Source: Takakia lepidozioides (lineage: Eukaryota; Plantae; Bryophyta). Taken from it: DNA of 64,000 nucleotides. The position numbers and the translations under genes are program-made. Numbering within the stretch: the stretch's first letter is position 1; every line of letters starts with the position of its first letter. Positions 47,865 through 60,000 of the stretch are shown here, piece by piece. The notes below the pieces were generated by a model that was given only the letters and a program-made list of their open reading frames with translations, was not told the origin of the DNA and searched no databases. Where the stretch lies: contig CM060731.1 in the NCBI GenBank assembly GCA_030704615.1, forward strand, positions 67,270,001 through 67,334,000, read 5' to 3'.

Positions 47865-48323
47865 TTACGGGGTCACTGGAGCAGGAGGTGGCGACTTCAA
47901 GTGCCCCACCTGCCCCTTGTTACTACTTCTCTTGGCTTCCCCAATTTCCACCGAGGCCTTGTGGGCTCCCGAGGAAGTAGTACCCGCCAAAAGAGACTTG
48001 AAGGACAGTTTGGCCGCGTTCTTCTTTGGCTTTCCCTTGCCATCTCCCAATTCCCGGGAGACCTTGTGGGCTCCCCACGAATGAGATCCCGGCAAGAGAG
48101 CCTTTAAGAAGCGCTTAGCTCCTGCCTTCTTTGACTTTGTCTTGACAGAACCGATCCATCCCCCGGAGGCCTTGTGAGATCCCGGGAAATGTCGACCCGT
48201 TGTAAAGAGATAGTCCAAATGCATCTTTGCTTCCATTGCAATCTCGTAAGAGGTGTTCACCTCAAATTTCTTCCACAGCCTAGCATCCCTGGCAGCCTTG
48301 TGAGATGCGAGAGAAGAGTCCAT
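47865..48323 (-). CDS. 152-aa basic ORF with GxHKxS repeats, unknown function
   Basis: ATG start, TATAAAT ~50 bp upstream, three GSHKAS/GAHKVS/GAHKAS motifs. Confidence 0.35.
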   Translation of the reverse strand: MDSSLASHKAARDARLWKKFEVNTSYEIAMEAKMHLDYLFTTGRHFPGSHKASGGWIGSVKTKSKKAGAKRFLKALLPGSHSWGAHKVSRELGDGKGKPKKNAAKLSFKSLLAGTTSSGAHKASVEIGEAKRSSNKGQVGHLKSPPPAPVTP

Positions 48324-48331
48324 TGCAAGAA

Positions 48332-48637
48332 AATTGAGAGAAATTAAGGAGAGGATGGTCCCCTAGGTCCATTTATAGTTTGATATCATCATCCACTAAA
48401 TTCATCCATTCACAAACGAGCATAGGGTGGCCCTTTAATTTGGCGGGCTAAGAGAACACACCCCTGCAGACGTATTACCATCTGCTGCAGGCGCAAGTAA
48501 ATTGAGAGAAATTAAGGAGAGGATGGTCCCCTAGGTCCATTTATAGTTTGATATCATCATCCACTCCATTCATCCATTCACAAACGAGCATAGGGTGGCC
48601 CTTTAATTTGGCGGGCTAAGAGAACACACCCCTGCAG
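48332..48637. repeat. Tandem duplication (~138 bp x2) of the TATA-containing segment
   Basis: aattgagagaaattaaggagagg...cacacccctgcag at 48332 and 48500. Confidence 0.9.
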
Positions 48638-50212
48638 TCTTCTCGTGAAGGGGGCGTTCTTCTAATTTGCAGTCTCATGAGAACCGAGGATTTCACCGGT
48701 CCATGATTCTGAGCTTACTGTTGTTTTACGTGGACGCTTGAATCTTGCTCAAAGATGATTTGATTGCCTCGCAAGGGTTTAATTTTTCAAACTTCGAATA
48801 GGGATGATGGAGGCTCAGGTATCGATTCACATGGAATTTTAAGCTTGTTCTCTGGTTTCGTTTGCTGCTAAGGTATGTGATTGTGTACACACAAGCGCCT
48901 TAGTGTAGAGAATGGTACAATCAAGTTGAAGTTGAAAAGATGCAAACACTCATGCACTGAGAATGGTGGTCCTCTGGATATTTAAGCAGTTTATGTATTA
49001 AGACCCTCCTGCAAGTTATTTCTTATGAAGGGTTTGCCTGCCCCCTTTTGCACACAAAGATGGCAGTGTGTGCCAACGGATAGAATCGTGTCGCCATAAT
49101 TTCATGACCAGGCAACCACAGCTAGAATTGCATCAATCTCACGCCCACTGCTTCTTAGAAATCTCCAATCAAAGACATAATTTCTGAATTGTTAGCACAG
49201 AATACTTCTGAGCCAGAACACTCGAACGGAAATTGTGTGGCAGAAAATCTGATTGTCTGCAGAAACAGCTGGCATGTCGCTGAGCTGCCATCAGCAAACG
49301 AGGTTACAGGGAAAGGGCGTGATTACCCAAAGCACAAAGGCTGCCAGCAACCGACCCATACACCCATTCCCATTCGAAAATGGCGGACTGTTATACAATT
49401 AGTGAAGAGCAGTGCTGCCAGCTCGTGTTAAGTATGTACCAGCTTTCACACAAAGTAAGCTTCACCACCGTCCTTGCAAAGCAGTAAGTGCTGTGAATGT
49501 CGTGCAACGTCAACATCAGAGTAGGGATCAGCTCTAGCAGCGTTGTATGGATTCATTGCATCATGCCCATTCTGTAGCTCTTTTTGGTGAAGTCTTGCAG
49601 CCTCAACTGCTGACCCAAATTGAGAGACTTCCCTCAATGCAAAGTAGTCTCGCTCACCACTACGCATGCCTCCTTTGTGACATCAAACTCTGGGAGTCCT
49701 GCCTCTTCTGAGAAATTGCTGCTCAGAAAAAATCGTGCCACGACGTGGTCCCAGTGCTGTCTCTTGAGGTGGATTCTCTTTTCCCCAGCATGATATGCAG
49801 ATATGGGGCCCTTCAATGTCAGTGAATGTCACTCGAGTATGCCAAACTAGACCCCAAAACTGGTGAGTTTGATATGGTGGAGGGAAACCCAGAGAATGAA
49901 TTTGGATGTTTCTCCCTGGCAGTACCAGGAATGGGTCTCAAGTGTAGAGAATCCAGCTAATCCCCAGTCCCTCTTGAAAGAAATTTTCATTGCAAAACTG
50001 TCAGCTTCTGAAACATCAGGATTTTGCCAACTACCATAGAAACAGCAGGTGACAACTCCTCTGCCATAAGGTGGTCTGTGATAGTACTGCTCCAGTGATC
50101 ATCACCCTGGGCACGTCACATATTGTACAGTCTGACTTTTCAACTCAACCTTTCTCAAATCGCTTAGAACATTATGATTCCCATGGACACTCATTCATGC
50201 GTGTTGCTTCTT

Positions 50213-52630
50213 TCACCAGTATTCGCCACAAGAACACACCCCATCTTGGAAGTGGTGAAAGCGGTTGGCATCCCGTACAACAATTTCTCGCCCAACAAGT
50301 TTTGAGATGAACTTGGTGGCGGTGTGACAGTCACCGCACACACGAAGGTTCTTGATGATGCGGAGAGGCGTCCCAGGCGGTGTGCTGATGAGCCCAAAAG
50401 CAATGGCCAGCTTCTCGCTGTGGTGGCAAAGGGAAAGTTCCTTTTGTTCTTCCTCCACGTCATGCAACACAAAACGAGTGTCAGGCACATATCCGGCCTC
50501 CTTCATATGCCCAGATAATCTCTTCAGCTCAGCATGGATTTCCTCAATTTGTGGATGAAATGTGTCTTCTACAACAAATTTATGTACACTTTTGTCCACT
50601 TCAATGCAACTGCACCCTGGCTCCTTTCTTAAACCTCTGTCCTGCATCATTTTCCTCACCTTCGCTGCATCTTCCCACCTCCCCACTGCAGCATAGATGT
50701 TTGATAGCAGCACATAAGTTGCAGCATCCTGTGCATTGAACTTGAGAAGGAATTTTGCTGCATGTTCTGCTATTTCCACATTGCCATGAATTCTGCAGGC
50801 ACCAAGCAAGGCCCCCCATGTCGAAGCAGCTGGCTCAATTGGCATTTTGTTTATGACGTCCTCTGCCTCATCCAATCGTCCTGCACGGCCAAGCAGGTCC
50901 ACCACGCAGCCAAAATGCTCCACTGTAGGAGTGAAGCCATGATCTCCACTAATGGACTTGAGGTAATGAAGACTTTCATCGACTAGGCCCACATGGCTAC
51001 ATGCACAGAGAAGACATGTAAAGGTGATACCATCTGGCTTCAAGCCTTCCTGCTGCATTTGTTCAAATAGATCGAGGGCCTCCCTACCACACCCATGCTG
51101 ACCATATCCTGTGATCATCACATTCCATGCAACCACATCTCGTACATCCATATTGTCAAACACTCGGCGTGCATCCTTCATGCTTCCACATTTGGCATAC
51201 ATGTCAACGAGAGCATTCTCCAGAATGATATCTGATGCAATTCCAGCTTTGATAATGTCAGCATGCACCTTTTCCCCCTCTCCCAGGGCCGCCAGGCTGG
51301 CACACGCATTGAGTATGCAAGTGAAGGTAACATTGTCAGGTGTGCCCCCTTCCCGCATCATTTGCTCATAAATCACGAGAGCCTCCATACCACATCCATG
51401 CTGAACATATCCGGCCATCATCGCACTCCACGAGACCACGTTCGGCTTGAAACCTTCATGTTGCATTTGTTTGAATATCTGAAGGGCCTCCTTACAACAC
51501 CCATGCTGACCATATCCTGCTATCATTGCATTCCATGACACCACATCCCGTTTAGCCATATTGTCAAACACTCGACGTGCATCCTTCATGCTACTGCATT
51601 TGGCATACATATCAACAAGGGTATTCTCCAGAATGACATCTGATACAATTCCAGCTTTGATAATGTCAGCATGCACCTTCTTGCCCTTTTCCAGAGCTGC
51701 CAGCCTGGCACATGCATTGAGAACAGAAGTGAATGAAACCTTGTTGGGCGCCACCCCTTCCCATACCATTTGCTCATACATTGCAAGAGCTTCCATAGCA
51801 CCCCCATGCTGAGCATATCCTGCAATCATCGCATTCCATGAAACCACATTTCGTTCAGCCATATTGTCAAACACTTGACGAGCATCCTTAATGTACCCGC
51901 ACTTAGCATACATGTTGACAAGGGCCGTATCAAGAATAATATCTGATGCAATTCCAGCTTTGATGATGTCAGCATGAACTGTTCTTCCCTTCCCCAAGTC
52001 TCCTAGGCTCGCACATGCTTTCAGAACGCAAATGAATGTCACGTTGTTGGGCATCACTCCTTCCTCCATCATTTGCTGATAGATCTCAAGAGCCTCACTA
52101 CCACGCCCATGGTTTGCATATCCTGCCATCAATGTAGTCCATGTAGACACATCTCGTTCAGGCATATTGTCAAACACAAGCCGTGCATCCACAATGCTAC
52201 CGCACTTGGCATACATGTTGAGAAGAGTGTTGGATAGAAAGATGTTTGGTTTGAATCCAGTCTTCATAATGTGGGCATGTACCTGCCTGCCCTCTTCTAC
52301 GCCTTTTGTCTTGGTGCACTCCTGCAAGAGGTAGATGTAAGTATTGGAGTCTGCCGACATAACTCCTTGGTTCATAATGTGCAGAGCCTCGTTCAGATGT
52401 CCTGCCTTACATAATGTCCTCACCTCCCCACAAGTGCCAGAAGAGTTCCTGTGGACTCCCTCTCTCAATCCTCTTTCAAACGCAGTGGTCATGGTGGAGG
52501 TGCCTGATTCAAACACCTGTGTTACTGTTGCTTCCAGTTGACCATCTATCCATGCAGGTTTCCTGCAGCTGTCTATCAACAATGCCTGGCTGTTGTTCTT
52601 GTGCTTGGAATCTGGTGCTGTGGAATTCAT
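50213..52630 (-). CDS. PLS-class PPR protein with E1/E2/DYW deaminase domain (organellar C-to-U editing factor)
   Basis: Intact, intronless P-L-S array; PG box PGCSCIE; HSEKLA; KNLRVCGDCH; RD..RFHHF..G.CSCGEYW. First ATG at 52630; the ORF-track start at 52678 is GTG, and an upstream exon is possible. Confidence 0.97.
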   Translation of the reverse strand: MNSTAPDSKHKNNSQALLIDSCRKPAWIDGQLEATVTQVFESGTSTMTTAFERGLREGVHRNSSGTCGEVRTLCKAGHLNEALHIMNQGVMSADSNTYIYLLQECTKTKGVEEGRQVHAHIMKTGFKPNIFLSNTLLNMYAKCGSIVDARLVFDNMPERDVSTWTTLMAGYANHGRGSEALEIYQQMMEEGVMPNNVTFICVLKACASLGDLGKGRTVHADIIKAGIASDIILDTALVNMYAKCGYIKDARQVFDNMAERNVVSWNAMIAGYAQHGGAMEALAMYEQMVWEGVAPNKVSFTSVLNACARLAALEKGKKVHADIIKAGIVSDVILENTLVDMYAKCSSMKDARRVFDNMAKRDVVSWNAMIAGYGQHGCCKEALQIFKQMQHEGFKPNVVSWSAMMAGYVQHGCGMEALVIYEQMMREGGTPDNVTFTCILNACASLAALGEGEKVHADIIKAGIASDIILENALVDMYAKCGSMKDARRVFDNMDVRDVVAWNVMITGYGQHGCGREALDLFEQMQQEGLKPDGITFTCLLCACSHVGLVDESLHYLKSISGDHGFTPTVEHFGCVVDLLGRAGRLDEAEDVINKMPIEPAASTWGALLGACRIHGNVEIAEHAAKFLLKFNAQDAATYVLLSNIYAAVGRWEDAAKVRKMMQDRGLRKEPGCSCIEVDKSVHKFVVEDTFHPQIEEIHAELKRLSGHMKEAGYVPDTRFVLHDVEEEQKELSLCHHSEKLAIAFGLISTPPGTPLRIIKNLRVCGDCHTATKFISKLVGREIVVRDANRFHHFQDGVCSCGEYW

Positions 52631-55600
52631 CTGCACCCACACTTCATCCCTGCCTCCTTCAGCTATCCCTGCCTCCACAAAATAAAGATTAGACCCTTTC
52701 CTTATATGCCACTGGCAACCTGTACTTTACAGCATCCCCTCTCCCCGACTAGACACTAGTTCCTATGCTGAATTGGTGGCAAGAAGGAATGGATCTTCTT
52801 AGATCCACGAAAAGCCCACAAAGGATCTTGGAACACCAGATACAAGACTACCTGGGACAGTAGCACGGACCACGGAGACTGTATGTTGATGGTGTGTGGG
52901 AGAAAGAGAGGGACAGTATCAACTTGCAAGCGAACACTAAAAGACACTCTTGAACACCAATTACAACTGGATACTAAACCTCCCAGGGTCGTCCGCGGAG
53001 TTTCAACCCGCAAGGGCATCGAAAAGTAGGCCAACATTGTCACACTGCTGGGGAACACTTAACAAACAATCCAACTACATTCCAGCCTCTAGCTCTAGTT
53101 TGCAAGAGATATGATGAATGCGGTTATTTAGTCACAGGGAAGTGAGCTGAGGAATTCTACGCCAGTGCCCACATACTAGAAAAGCTGGATACAGCAAAGC
53201 TCTATTATACCTCCAGCTTGCAACACAAGTGGATGTGTGCACTCCCAGTCAGATTTGTTAGAGAGAGAGCGAGACACCGTGGGTGGCATCATTACTTCGC
53301 GAGAAAATTTCTCAATTCCAACTGTTATGTGCTAGCATATTTCCTAGATTGTCCCACCACTGACTGGAATTTAAGAAAATATCCCAGCCAAAATTCCTCC
53401 TCATCCGAATTTCGACTCTTTGCATGTTCGCCTGTGTTCGCAACTTCTTCACTGAATGTGACTATGCGCGACCGCGACCCACTCATTTTTCTCCACATCC
53501 AGGTGCCCATGAACCTCTTCATCCTCTACCGCTGTCCATTGCCCTTGGAAACCATTCCAAACTATTCTCACTACAACATGGCTTGAAAGAAGCATGGGAG
53601 CCCAGAAATCGGATAGACCACCCCTTCCTGAATCTTCCACCCCAGAGCCAGGCAGCTTCTCAACTCTCAACCCTCTCAAGAGAGAGCGAGAAGGTCCCCA
53701 TGTAAAGAGCGCGATCCCTTCGTGATGGTCATGGTCGCTTATGGAGAATTCTTAACAATCGGTGTCCGGAATCTCAACATTACTCCACTTTCACTGTGGC
53801 AACTCAAGATCATGGATTTTTTCTTTCTTGATCGAATCCGTGATGCGTATGCCAGAAGCGAGGATCACAGTTTGGGGGCAGTAACTGTAGTAAGGGCCAA
53901 GAGTGACTGTTCAGTCATATGAAAGCTCCACGAGAAAGTCAGGGTAGTGGTGAAAGGAGCTCAGTTTACTTTTTGGCTGAGCAAGGGAAACTACTTACGA
54001 ATGTTGTCGCTCACATGATTTGGAATTCTGTGAACTAGTTTGAGCTGCATTCAAAAAATTTAATGTCCTGTTTAGCGGCGTCCATAGTTACAATGTCTGT
54101 GACTTGAAACCTCTGTTGCACTTCAAAGGACAGAGACTAATCATGCCTAAATGCTTCTGATTGCGTTAAAGTTAGTTGGGCAACCACTGTATTCTCTTCA
54201 TTGCGCATTTCCTCTTCGATATATCCACTGTGGCGTACAAGATCGTTACTGTGGGTCTCAATGGGATCACGCCTGTATTTCCAGACCATTTACAAGACAA
54301 ATCACAACATTCAAACCACCAATACTTGTTGAATTTTTGGGTGAATTATACGCTGTGGTCCCTGTCACCGAAGTTGAACGTACACTCTTCAAGTTCAATC
54401 ACGACGACGTCTGCGATTAGACACATTGTCATCTTACAAAGGTTTGTCACCGAGCTAGGATTAGAGAGATGCTGTCCAAGAGAGGACTTTGAGCACTGAC
54501 TGGTTCTCATCATGCTAGGCATGTTACTGGTTTCTAACATACACTGTATGTGTGAATATTTTGTCAAAAATTTGTTGGGCTGTCAGGCTTTTGGCGATGG
54601 CAGTTTGCTTAAAAAGTAATTGTCAGTCCACTAATAGTCAATGAGCACTTCAATTTTTTAAAAGACCTTTATACAATGGTCTGAAATTTGCCAATTGACA
54701 TATTCTGTACAAAACATGGAAGTCTAAAAATTGAACCAGACTTTAGCCACTCCTGTTTGGATACTGGCATCTAAACATTGGAGCTGCAGCAGAACTGAAA
54801 TAGCATGGATTTAACCTAATGCTACATTGGCTAGTGGGGCACATGCCACAGAATAATCATTTGAAGGGTTGATGGGAAAGCAGGAGCTGCATGGGGTACG
54901 CCATAGCTCATGGGTACCCACCCAAGGAGCCAAAGCGGCATCAACAACTGATGCAGCTCCAACTGCTGGTGACTGTAAGACACCGAGCAGCTTGAGAAGC
55001 ACAATGATCAGCTTCCAAAGCCAAACAGGTACTTCCCGCCAAATGTCAGTATTCACTGCCCCTGGATCTGCAGCACTGTTGACAAAAATGCAACATTAAG
55101 CACTCGATCTGTAGGGAAGCAACTAAAGTTGAGGAGTGGGTCTGAAGAGAAGACCATACACGACTGAGATGTGAGAAGAGTCGTCACTTGAGTGCAGCCG
55201 AAGGTGAAGCTCATATGAGAAGAGGAGTAAACACGCTGCACAACACCCCACCATCACTCATTTGAAAAACAATACAAAGACAAACACCTTCAGTACTATT
55301 GGTCATGTACACCTTCATCCCCCACCCACGGAAGTAGCAACAGAGTTACGGCAGCCTCAGTATGGTGCAGCCTTGCAGCCTCAACCTAAAACACGAGTGA
55401 CAGCACTTCAGGAAAACAGCCAGGAAGGAGGCAACCTACTTTTGGAGCTCTCATAGATTTGCACTAGGCTCTATGAATTGCCACAAGAGGTTGTCTGCAT
55501 TGTGCCTTTGACCAAGTGTCCTTCATCTATCTGCAAGCTTTGCACTGCATCACAAAGAAGTCCCTTACAGAATCAGACCTCTTCAGCCAAACCTCTTGGA

Positions 55601-57029
55601 GCTGTTGAGTCTGGCAAGAACTGCGTCAAAGACTACTACAGAGAAATAGGATCCTAAATGCAAAAACTTGGGAAGCAATTAAGAGAATCATTGGATTATG
55701 CGTACCAGAGTGATGGGTGAAGGAGACAACATTAACAATGCGGGCCCAAGGGGCACTCTTCTGCAGCAATGGCAGCAGCTGCTGAGTCAGCAAGTATGGC
55801 CCCAAGTAATTGCTCGCCATCATGCTGCCCCATGAATCCCACATGCACATGTTCATCCAACAATGCAATAGTAACAAACAACTCCGATGAAGCAAATACC
55901 CCTTCCACGTAGTTTAACAGTACATGTAGCACACATACATAGGACTGTGGGGCACCTGGCCCAACTTGAGTAAAATCTGGAGAGGAAAATGAACCATAAT
56001 TGAGGCCAAACAATAGCTTTAGTGCGTGAATAGGTGCTGAGGAATTGACCCAAGCGAAAAGGTGAAAATGACCATTGCCGACAGATTCTGTAAATTCACA
56101 GGCAGCAAACACACACCAGGTTTACAAGAAGTTGGGGGGAAGGATGCATACACACCAATCGAATCCATCAGAGGTCCACCGCTGGGATGCAGCCAAAATC
56201 CCCGCATTGTTGACCAGTAGCTGTAGGTTACCTGGTGGATTCTCTCCTTCAAACAGCTCTCGAATGGTCTTTGCAAATGTCAGAATGGACGAAATGGAGC
56301 ACAAATCCAGCTGTAGAGCCTGAAGGGACACACCCTGATGCAGTGTCTCTATTTCCGCTACCACCTGAAAGGCCAGGAAAACAGTTGTAGTTGTTGACCA
56401 CTAGGGAATACTGCCACTATACAAGTTCCGTGAATATTCAAGCCTGAAAGTGGCCCACTTCCTATTTTACAGTTCCCCCGTCTAATGAATCTATCTCTCG
56501 CTCCCAGTCCTTTGTGGTCCATCAAAATGGTGGCCCGGGGTAGAAAGAGAGGACCACATGTTGAGGGTAAAGGAAATGAGAAATGAAGAACATACCTCCT
56601 TCAAACGCTTAGCAGAGCGACCAGCTGTAATTCTCCCAAACCCAGAAGCCACATCCCCAAGTCAGTCGCATCATCTTTTTGTTACAATTACAACTTTGCA
56701 GAAACGTTTTGGAACAAACCTGTACACTGAGGGTAGCAGATGCTGCATTCACATCACAAACCTGGAGTAAATTGTGTTAGAAAGTTCCACATTCCACCAA
56801 CTATTCATACTCCGAAACCAAGCCAGGTCGCTGAAACGACATCACTATTTAATGCCAAGCAACGACGAATGTAACGGAAAAGTAGGGTTTAAGGTTTAGT
56901 TTTAAAAAGGTTAGTTTGATAGAGGAGCGTTCACAGTAGCTTCAGACCTTCAATCCCAATGACCGGAAAACCCTATTCGAAAGTGTCATTCTTACAAGGT
57001 ACTGTTGAGGTCCTGTTGACCCAATAAGA

Positions 57030-60000
57030 CTTTATTTACAACATGTACAATGGATGAACGTGCATATGATGTGAAGTTCCCAAAAGGGGGGGGGAGGAGC
57101 AAGAAACAAGAGAAGAAAACAAAAAGCTATAGTAAGCTAATCAGCTAGAGAAAAAAACAAAAGTTATAGTAAGCTACTCAACCAGCGACGAAAACAGAAG
57201 CTATAGTAAACTACTCAAGCAGAGCTACCCTCCCAGCCAACAGCCTGGAGGAGATCAGGCAAGGAGATAGGCAAAGTGTCAGGCAGAGGCGGAAGACGAG
57301 ATGACGCGGAGCTAGCCACATCAGTCCGATGCAAAATAGAAATGGCTTGTGCTCTCTGCAAAGCAACTGAAACACGTTGTCGATAGTAGGCGACAAGGAC
57401 GGAGGCATGTGGGATTCCAGTGGACCCGCTCTTGGCTGCATGATGTGCACATGTCCGCAGGAAATCGTCGAAGTGCCGGTGCAATGAGCCAAATATTTCG
57501 ACCGCCAGTGGAAGAAATGTGTCGGTGGGGTGACGATCGCTATAGTCGCGCTCCTTGGCCTGGGCTGCTACAGTGGCTGCCGTGCCTGGTGTGGTAGCTG
57601 CGCGAGATAGCAAATCCGCTCGAGTGGGGTCGGCGAGAACGACATCTGCTAAGGTACACAAACCATCTCTAGATAGGACGATGTCAACACGGCGGCGTGT
57701 AGAGTGGGACGTGAGCGTGGGTTGTAGATGTGGTTGCTCACGCAGTACATGATACCCTGCCTCCCGAGCAATAGATGCCACTGCATCGCGAACCATATCA
57801 TGAGACGCAGTGCGCTCACCACCACATGGATAACAGAGGAGATGGATGACAAGGTCATCGATGGGCTGAAGACAGACGCAGCGCTGAAGGCCCAATGCCG
57901 AAGGATGAGGCAAACCAAGTCGAAGGCGGAGCGCAGTAGTGAAAATAGGGGATGAGAGGCGAAAATGTGCGATAGTGGGTCATGCTGTCAACCATGCCCC
58001 TGCTCCGGGTCTTGCGCATGATAGAAGTCGGGCTCGATGCAACTCAGAAGAAGCACTTGAGAGCATGCCGAAAAAGGAATGACAGTGCACGCGCTCGGAA
58101 ATGGACTCCTGAAGATGGTCGAGGCCTTGAGCAACCAATTGCTCAAATGGTGGTAGACATGATCGCGCCGGTGCCGGAAGAAGATCTCGTGCAGAGCAGA
58201 GATGCTGCTGGAAGGATAAAATGTCACTGTCGACATGTGCAACGACGTCCATAAGAATGGGACGAAGGTCACAGAGAAATCGTGAAGCGAGGGCTGGCGC
58301 CACCAATGCCCAACTGCCGAGGAAAGCTGACAGGGCGGTAGTGACAGTGGACAAAAGACCCACACCACCGGAAGAGACGGGCAAGGTGGCTTGCTGTCGT
58401 GGCAAAAGTCCCTAAGCACCCTCCAGAGCTCCTGGTCCTAACAATCTCCCGAAGATAGTCATCATGGTAGTATCAAATCCAGATAAGAAGTGTAGGAAAT
58501 CTGGGCTGGGTGGAACAGTGCGCAAGAGATATGAGGGACGCTGAAGGAAACATTTGGTCAAGACTCCATATGCTACCTGTACATCTCCAAGCCTCGGAAG
58601 GAGATCGGCGTGGGTGGCATCCTGGTGGAGTGCATCTTCCAAGAAGGACGTTGTGAACTGGATGGTGCCAAAAGGGACTCCCAGGATTCTGATGCCATTG
58701 GGCGGAGCAATGAAGTGAGCAGGGAGGACAAAATCTGCAGGGAGACCGGACGGAGACCACACCGCACATTTGCGAGGTTGCACTGAAAGGCCCACGGCAG
58801 AGAGTTGGGTGACAAAATGATAGTAAGCTGAAAGTACCTATGAGGCAGGGCCTACAATGTGCGTGTCGTCTGCCACCGACGGAAAAAGACAAGATGAGTG
58901 AACTTGTGCAGAAGCCGTGAGGGCGCGGACATGAGCCATGGCAAACAAAGGTCCTCCTAAAGGGTCGCCTTGGCGGGTCCCAACCTCGGACTGAATGATG
59001 GAGCACTCACCTAGGCGAGAATGATGAGTGTAGTATAGGGGAGTGGTGGATGCATAGAATAATCGAACAAATGGAATGAGCTGGTGGAAATCTCCTCCGG
59101 CTGAACGGAGCTCCTGAAAGATAGCCACTCGTGACACAGTATTGAAAGCGTTGGTGACGTCGACATGGAGAACCACCCAATCCGGATGAAGATCAAGAGC
59201 TGCACGAATCCCCTGAACCACCGCCTCGCAACCACCTAGAGTGGCGACCCCGAACTGGTGCGGAAAGAGGTGTCCGGAGAAGGCATCTCGAAACTGAAGA
59301 CAAAGTGAGCGGCTGACAAGGCGGTAAAGAACCTCTCCAACTGCGATAGGGCGGATGCCAGTACCTGAGGGTTTGCTCATAGCCAACAATCTGGAGGCCC
59401 CAAGGAGACGGGCCACTGGGGCAGGGATACGGCCAGCAGCAATAAAGGAGCAAATCTGAAATAGCTGAGAGAAGCCACTAGCAGAGTCATGTAGAGAGAA
59501 ACAGTCGCGTAAGTGCTCATACAGGAGACCGGAAGGACCTGCCGCTGCAAGATGGGGACCGCGCGTGAAGGCCTGAGTGAAGACCTCCCGATCTAGCTTG
59601 AGATCCTGGTCTGGCTCGAAGTCCTCAACAAAAAGCGGCAGAATATCCTGAGCTGATGGGTGAAGGGCTTCGAGGGCAGTGACAGTATCCGGTGATGGAG
59701 GCGCTGGTGAGGAAGGTGCTAAAGCCTTGGCCGCGCGTGAGTACTCGCCAACGCGGCCTAACATGAGACTATGACGAAGTCGCCTGTGGGCCGATGAGGG
59801 TGGCTGTGTGGAGGAAGCGGGAGGGGCGTGTGCCGCAAGGGCTAGTGCCTATAATTGATGCTCATCTTGCAGACTCTCCCAATCTCCAGATAAAAAACGG
59901 CGAAGACGGATGCGCATCTCTCTGTGCCGTGACTGACCACCACGAGGAGGAAAACCCAAACACCACTGAGGAAATAACAAGAAAAGATACCATGCTGGTA

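Noticed and set aside
53325-53522. MKRFMGTWMWRK.. ORF as the PPR transit-peptide exon
   Set aside because: Plausible by composition, but no supported splice path to 52678 could be established without transcripts.
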